Assembly (NCBI GenBank): GCA_951406725.2
Contig: OX597816.1
Location: forward strand, 25,482,001-25,546,000
Length of the DNA: 64,000 nt
From: Octopus vulgaris
Lineage: Eukaryota
Direction of reading: 5' to 3'
Shown here: in pieces, positions 12,996-64,000 of the stretch
How the letters are laid out: the number at the start of each line of letters is the position of its first letter
Numbering within the stretch: the first letter of the stretch is position 1
The notes under the pieces: model-generated
What the model was told of the DNA's origin: nothing
The model's database searches: none
What the model saw: the letters and a program-made list of their open reading frames with translations, nothing else
Position numbers and translations under genes: made by a program

Positions 12996-13475
12996 ATATG
13001 TGTGTGTATCTGTGTTTGTTCCCCCATCCAACATCGCTTGACAACCGATGCTGGTGTGTTTATGTCCCCGTAACTTAGCACTTCGGCAAAAGAGACCGAT
13101 AGAATAAGTACTAAGCTTACAAAGAATAAGTCCTGGGGTCGATTTGCTCGATTAAAGGCGGTGCTCCAGCATGGTCGCAGTCAAATGACTGAAACAAGTA
13201 AAAGAGTAAAAAAGCAAGGAGTATGTCAATTTGCAAAATATTCTCAAATGCATTAGAAGGCTCCAGTTAAAAGGCATTAGGATCAGTATCTCCATAATTA
13301 AGAGTAGGCGTGCTTGTGTGATAAGAAGCTTGCACCCAAATCACATGGTTGCAGGTTCAGTCCCACTGCATGGCACCTTGGACGAATCTCTTCTATTTAT
13401 CCATGAGCCGACCAAACCTGGTGAGTGGATTTAGTAGACGGAGACTGAAAGTAGCCCGTATTGTGTGTGTGTGGT

Positions 13476-13526
<51 letters not shown>

Positions 13527-13893
13527 ATGTGTGTGTACCTTTGTGTCTGTGTTTCATAACCAGTGTTGGTGTCTGTACGTCCAGTAACTTAGCGGTTCTG
13601 TACAAGGCACCGATAAATTAAGTACCAGACTTAAAAAGTACTGGGGTCGTTTCATTCGACTAGAAAATTTATTCAAGGCAGTGCTCCAGCCTGGCCGCAG
13701 TCTAATGGCTGCATGAAATATAAGATAAAAAGACCGTCATCGTCATCGATATCAACTCCTGGAAATTACAGTCTCGAGTCCTTGGACTTATAGCGACTTA
13801 CAGACCTTTCAATAGGGTGTAATTAACTGAGATAGCAATTTCTCCTGAACGGGACAACCAGTTCGTAAAACGTTAGAATAGGGAAAACAAACT

Positions 13894-14337
13894 GGGAATT
13901 TTTCGGTTTGACCGGCAGTTTTTTCTAGCGGTGTCATATGAAATTGTCACTCATAATTATGACTCTAGTATCGATCTATTGCATTTCAATCTGTTTTAGG
14001 ATTAGGGTTAGTTAGGGTTAGGGTTAAGGTTAGGAGTGGGGGGAAGGGTATCTTTTTTTCTTCACAAATGTAAATAAACCCAATCTGTTTCTTAAACGAG
14101 GGACATATTCATACGGCACACAATGTTTTTTTTAACTCAATGGACGTCATTGATTGGTTGAAATTGCAGAAATTGAAGAAAAAAAGCAACAAATATCTTA
14201 CAAACTTTATAATTTTCTCAATAAAGCCAAGGGAAGAAGATATTTTATAAACACATTCTACCAGTATACGATATTTAAAATTGTTTAGTTACGTGGAAAT
14301 TATTTTAAAAAACTGCCGGTCAAACCGAAAAGATCCC
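13894..14337. mobile_element. MITE with GGGA-terminal TIRs and an internal TTAGGG-like tract
   Basis: TIRs gggaatttttcggtttgaccggcagttttt / aaaaactgccggtcaaaccgaaaagatccc. Confidence 0.75.
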
Positions 14338-14619
14338 TTCTGGAAATTACAGTCTCGATTCCCTGGACTTATAGCAACTTACAAACCTTTCAATAGGGTG
14401 TAATTAACTGAGATAGCAATTTCTGCTGAACGGGACAACCAGTTCGTAAAACGCTAGAATAGGGAAAACAAACTGTTCAACGGTTGGCTTCTTAGCATTC
14501 ACATTTAGAACAAAAGAAATAAAAAAAACCAAAGAACGAAAGAAAATTACGGTTAATTTAACAAGAATGCTGTAACGTAAGTTTATTCGTTGACAAATGT
14601 ATTAATATGTTTTCTTTTA

Positions 14620-14719
14620 TAAATAAAATAATACATTTTATTGAATCATAAGTGATTTTTTTTTATTCTTAATATTTCCAAACGGCTTCAAGTTCCTAAT
14701 TGTAAACTGGAATGAGAAT
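14620..14719 (-). other. Candidate 3'-terminal (UTR) exon of the EGF/VWD gene with poly(A) signals
   Basis: Strong acceptor ttttcttttcctattttcag at 14720; AATAAA on the minus strand at 14667-14662 and 14642-14637. Confidence 0.35.
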
Positions 14720-14966
14720 CTGAAAATAGGAAAAGAAAAATATTCCATAAAACATAAATTTTAAACAAAAATTCAGCGAATTAAGTACTGACGAGGGGTG
14801 AGTAGTCTAACCCATTGCGTACGCGGTAGAGTCACCCCTTTTTGTTTTAATTTTTTGTTATAAGAAGCTTGCTTTCCGACCACATGGTTCCAGGTTCACT
14901 CCCAATGCGTGGCACTATATATATACATACATATATACATATATAAATATACATACATACATACAT

Positions 14967-15100
<134 letters not shown>

Positions 15101-16557
15101 AGGCGCAATGGTTAGGGCAGCGGACTCTCGGTCGTAGGATCGCGGTTTCGTTTCCCAGACCGGGCGTTATGCGTGTTTATTGAGCGAAAACACCTAAAAG
15201 CTCCACGAGGCTCCGGCAGGGGGTGGTGATCCCTGCTGTACTCTTTCACCACTCTTTCTCTCACTCTTTCTTCTGTTGGCCTGCTCGCTTAGCCAGCGGG
15301 GTGGCGTCATTCGAAGGCTAAAACAATGCGAACGCATTGTGACCAGCGATGTGTAGCAACATCTGATGGTCTGGTCAGTCACGTGATATATATATATAAG
15401 TTACAAAAAGAAAATAGAAACTACACGTGATGATGTAAGGGGAAAGTAAGAAAAATAGACGAAAATGCACATTGTAAATAAAAAAAAGTAAAGGTTTTTA
15501 TGCAAAGTAACGAACGGTATATACAATTAGATGAACTGAGGTAGGAATAAAAGTAATAAAAGTCATTATTGCGAAATTATTAAAGAGATTCAAGAGTGGC
15601 TGCGTGGTAAGTAGCTTGGTAACCAACCACATAGTTCCGGGTTCAGTCCCACTGCGTGGCATCTTGGGCAAGTGTCTTCTGCTATAGCCCCGGGCCGACC
15701 AATGCCTTGTGAGTGGATTTGGTAGACGGAAACTGAAAGAAGCCTGTCGTATATATATATATATATGTATGTATGTGTGTGTCTGTGTTTGTCCCCCTAG
15801 CATTGCTTGACGACCGATGCTGGTGTGTTTGCGTCCCCGACACTTAGCGGTTCGGCAAAAGAGACCGATAGAATAAGTACTGGGCTTACAAAGAATAAGT
15901 CTAAAGGCGGTGCTCCAGCATGGCCGCAGTCAAATGACTGAAACAAGTAAAAGAGTAAAGAGTATACCTATATATGTATTAGCATAATATTAGGTGGTGT
16001 GAAAGGTGAAGATAGATTTGATACAGCCATTTCGTAAACTTCCTCATGTAGTATTAATTTTGGTATGCAAGCAATCATATGTTCATGTTTGCATTAACAT
16101 GTATGCTCAGCAGCATACAATACAATTATATATTCAAAAATCAATGCAAATAAAGCTAGCTCATCAGGTCACCTGCTCCTTCTTTTACTTACTCTCCTTC
16201 ACTCCTCAGCTATGTAACCACCATGTGGATCTGTTTATATATAATATCACGTGATCACGTGACCGACCAGACCATCAGTTGTTGTTACACATCACTGGTC
16301 ACAATGCGTTCGCATTGTTTTAGCTTTCGAATGACGCCACCCCGCTGGCTAAGCGAGAAGGCCAACAGAAGGAAGAGTGGGAGAAAGAGTGGTGAAAGAG
16401 TACAGCAGGGATCACCACACCCTGCCGGAGCTTCGTGGTGTTTTCGCTCAATAAACACTCACAAGAATCGAAACCGCGATCCTACGACCGCGAGTCCGCT
16501 GCCCTAACCACTGGGCCATTGCGACTCCACAATATATATAATATATTTTGTATAATA

Positions 16558-16965
16558 TTAAAGAGAGCTGGACCGGTTGAGGTAAAGTAGTTGTGTCGTA
16601 AAGTTGTTATGTTCTTCAGTTCGATGTTTGTAGTTGTTGGATGGCACGGGGGCCAAGTCTTGGGTGGATTTTAAAATTGATGCCAACTTCATTTGTGCAA
16701 TATTGATGGATATTTTCCATATCACACAAATGATATAGCGCTCACGACGCCGTTGGAGAGTGTAGAGATTGAGTTTTTTAGTCGACTCCAATAATCAATG
16801 CCTGTCATGCTGTCTGTCTTTCTTGTCATTGACCTCTGGAGTGCTTCTACTTTCATAATGAGTTGCTTCGTGTGGGGAGACCACAGTGGGCAACAGTAAT
16901 CAAGGATGGGTCGGGCAAAAGTAGAGTAGAGAAGGATGATGGTGTGAGCATTTCTAGAATCAGAA
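16558..16965 (-). mobile_element. Degenerate LINE (CR1/L2-like) 3' ORF2 fragment
   Basis: [20 protein letters not shown]...[12 protein letters not shown]...[12 protein letters not shown] matches the post-RT region of CR1/L2-group LINEs; frameshifted. Confidence 0.75.
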
Positions 16966-17029
16966 AGTTTTGAGAATGCAGGAGCACATCTTACCGACGA
17001 AACACACACACACACATTATATATATATA

Positions 17030-17063
<34 letters not shown>

Positions 17064-17089
17064 CATACATACATACATACATACATGTA

Positions 17090-17146
<57 letters not shown>

Positions 17147-17247
17147 ATACATACATAAATGCGTGCATATATATACATATATATATATATATATATGCAT
17201 GGAATTGCTGGCTTTGTGCCAGAATTTGAAACCAGTTTACTTATAAC

Positions 17248-62762
<45,515 letters not shown>

Positions 62763-63421
62763 CTGAAAGAGGAAAATAATTACATAGAATATCTGTAACC
62801 CTATTTAAAACAAAGGAAAACACTCATTTATTTAACTTAATTGTTCAAATTTCAATTTCGAAGAATTTAAGTCTCAACAAATTTTGGCTTTTTTTCTTAC
62901 TTCCGACGCTTGAAATTTAAACTAACAAAATGTCAAAGTATTCCAGCCGTCGTTGACAATAATAAAGAAAAAGGCTGGTGCATAAAAAAAGGGCTAAAAG
63001 TTCTTCCACAGACCTAGGCTCATAAGTACAGTTTTGCAGAGTCTGTGTCATATATATTATCTGCTGGAAGGGACGCTGATCCATAACAGGATTACTCATT
63101 TTGTCGTCGGAGTGAACGAGAGCCACTTGAAGTGAATTGCTTAACTCAAACACACAACAGATGACCTGGGCCAGAATCGACGTACTGTGGCGGCGTATAT
63201 ATACTAGTCCCTACATCACTGTTTGATAGGAAGGTGGTTCGGCGAAAGGTTACTTATTTTTGCCAACTGAGTGGATTGGAGTAACATGAAATGAAATGTA
63301 TTCCACAAGAGCATAGCGCATAGCTCGGTCCAATAAGCCACGCGGCTTTACTCTGCGAGCTTTAGCTTCGGTACTATGGCAACTGCAGACAGTTATTGAT
63401 CAAACCATGCATGTGTGTATA

Positions 63422-63527
<106 letters not shown>

Positions 63528-63767
63528 TATATGTATGTATGTATGTATGTATATATGTATACATATATATATTTATCATTCGCCATGATAGATCGCTAGT
63601 TACTACACGTTCTTTATTTTCTCTCCTTGTTTCTTTCTGTGTCCCTTTCTGTGGAAGTGCGTAGGCTCGAAACGTTAAAGACTTTTTAACTTTCCGAGTG
63701 TTATGCTAATACATCTGTTTGTTGTCTACACTACCAGTCTTCGTCTTTTGTTTTTTTTGTGACTTCT

Positions 63768-63815
<48 letters not shown>

Positions 63816-64000
63816 GCGTGTGTGCGTGTCTGTGTGCGTACGTGCGTGTGTGTGTGTGTATGTGTGGGACAAGAAGGCAAAACATCCGGACAGCTAGGTG
63901 ATACAAAAAGGGACAACAAAAAATCCAGATAGACGATCCAAAGAAAACAATGACGGGTGATTCGAAGTTTTCTTTCCTCAGTCAAGCACAAAATTATCCT

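Noticed and set aside
13997-14035. TTAGGG repeats as a telomere or chromosome-fusion site
   Set aside because: Only a few degenerate units, located inside a MITE.

Overview
Eukaryotic, AT-rich, microsatellite-dense DNA. The SINE families and (TA)n load suggest a coleoid cephalopod (Octopus-like); this is an inference. Nearly all ORFs in the supplied track are microsatellite or SINE artefacts. (1) The main content is one large minus-strand intron-containing gene whose 5' end lies beyond 64000. It has 26 intact, near-identical 111-nt phase-1/1 EGF exons (62762-34824), one half-deleted EGF exon and one exon-less repeat unit. These are followed by VWD (2 exons), C8, TIL, TILa/EGF-like and two PAN/apple exons ending near 17248. 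All splice phases chain into one frame of about 1,500 codons, encoding a fibropellin/zonadhesin-like extracellular protein. Its EGF repeats carry KGD (22/26) and either RGD (8) or RGE (17). (2) A second minus-strand gene, absent from the ORF track, starts near 4800. It has a TATA box and two micro-exons that splice to a signal peptide (MKNWHLLSLTVIGAVFLGAPAGS). (3) Repeats include tRNA-derived SINEs, LINE, Penelope, pogo and Helitron remnants and MITEs. (4) About a dozen minimal type-I hammerhead-ribozyme motifs lie in short elements, mostly beside (TA)n tracts and often palindromic or tandem. Three of them were co-duplicated in sense orientation inside the EGF-exon array.
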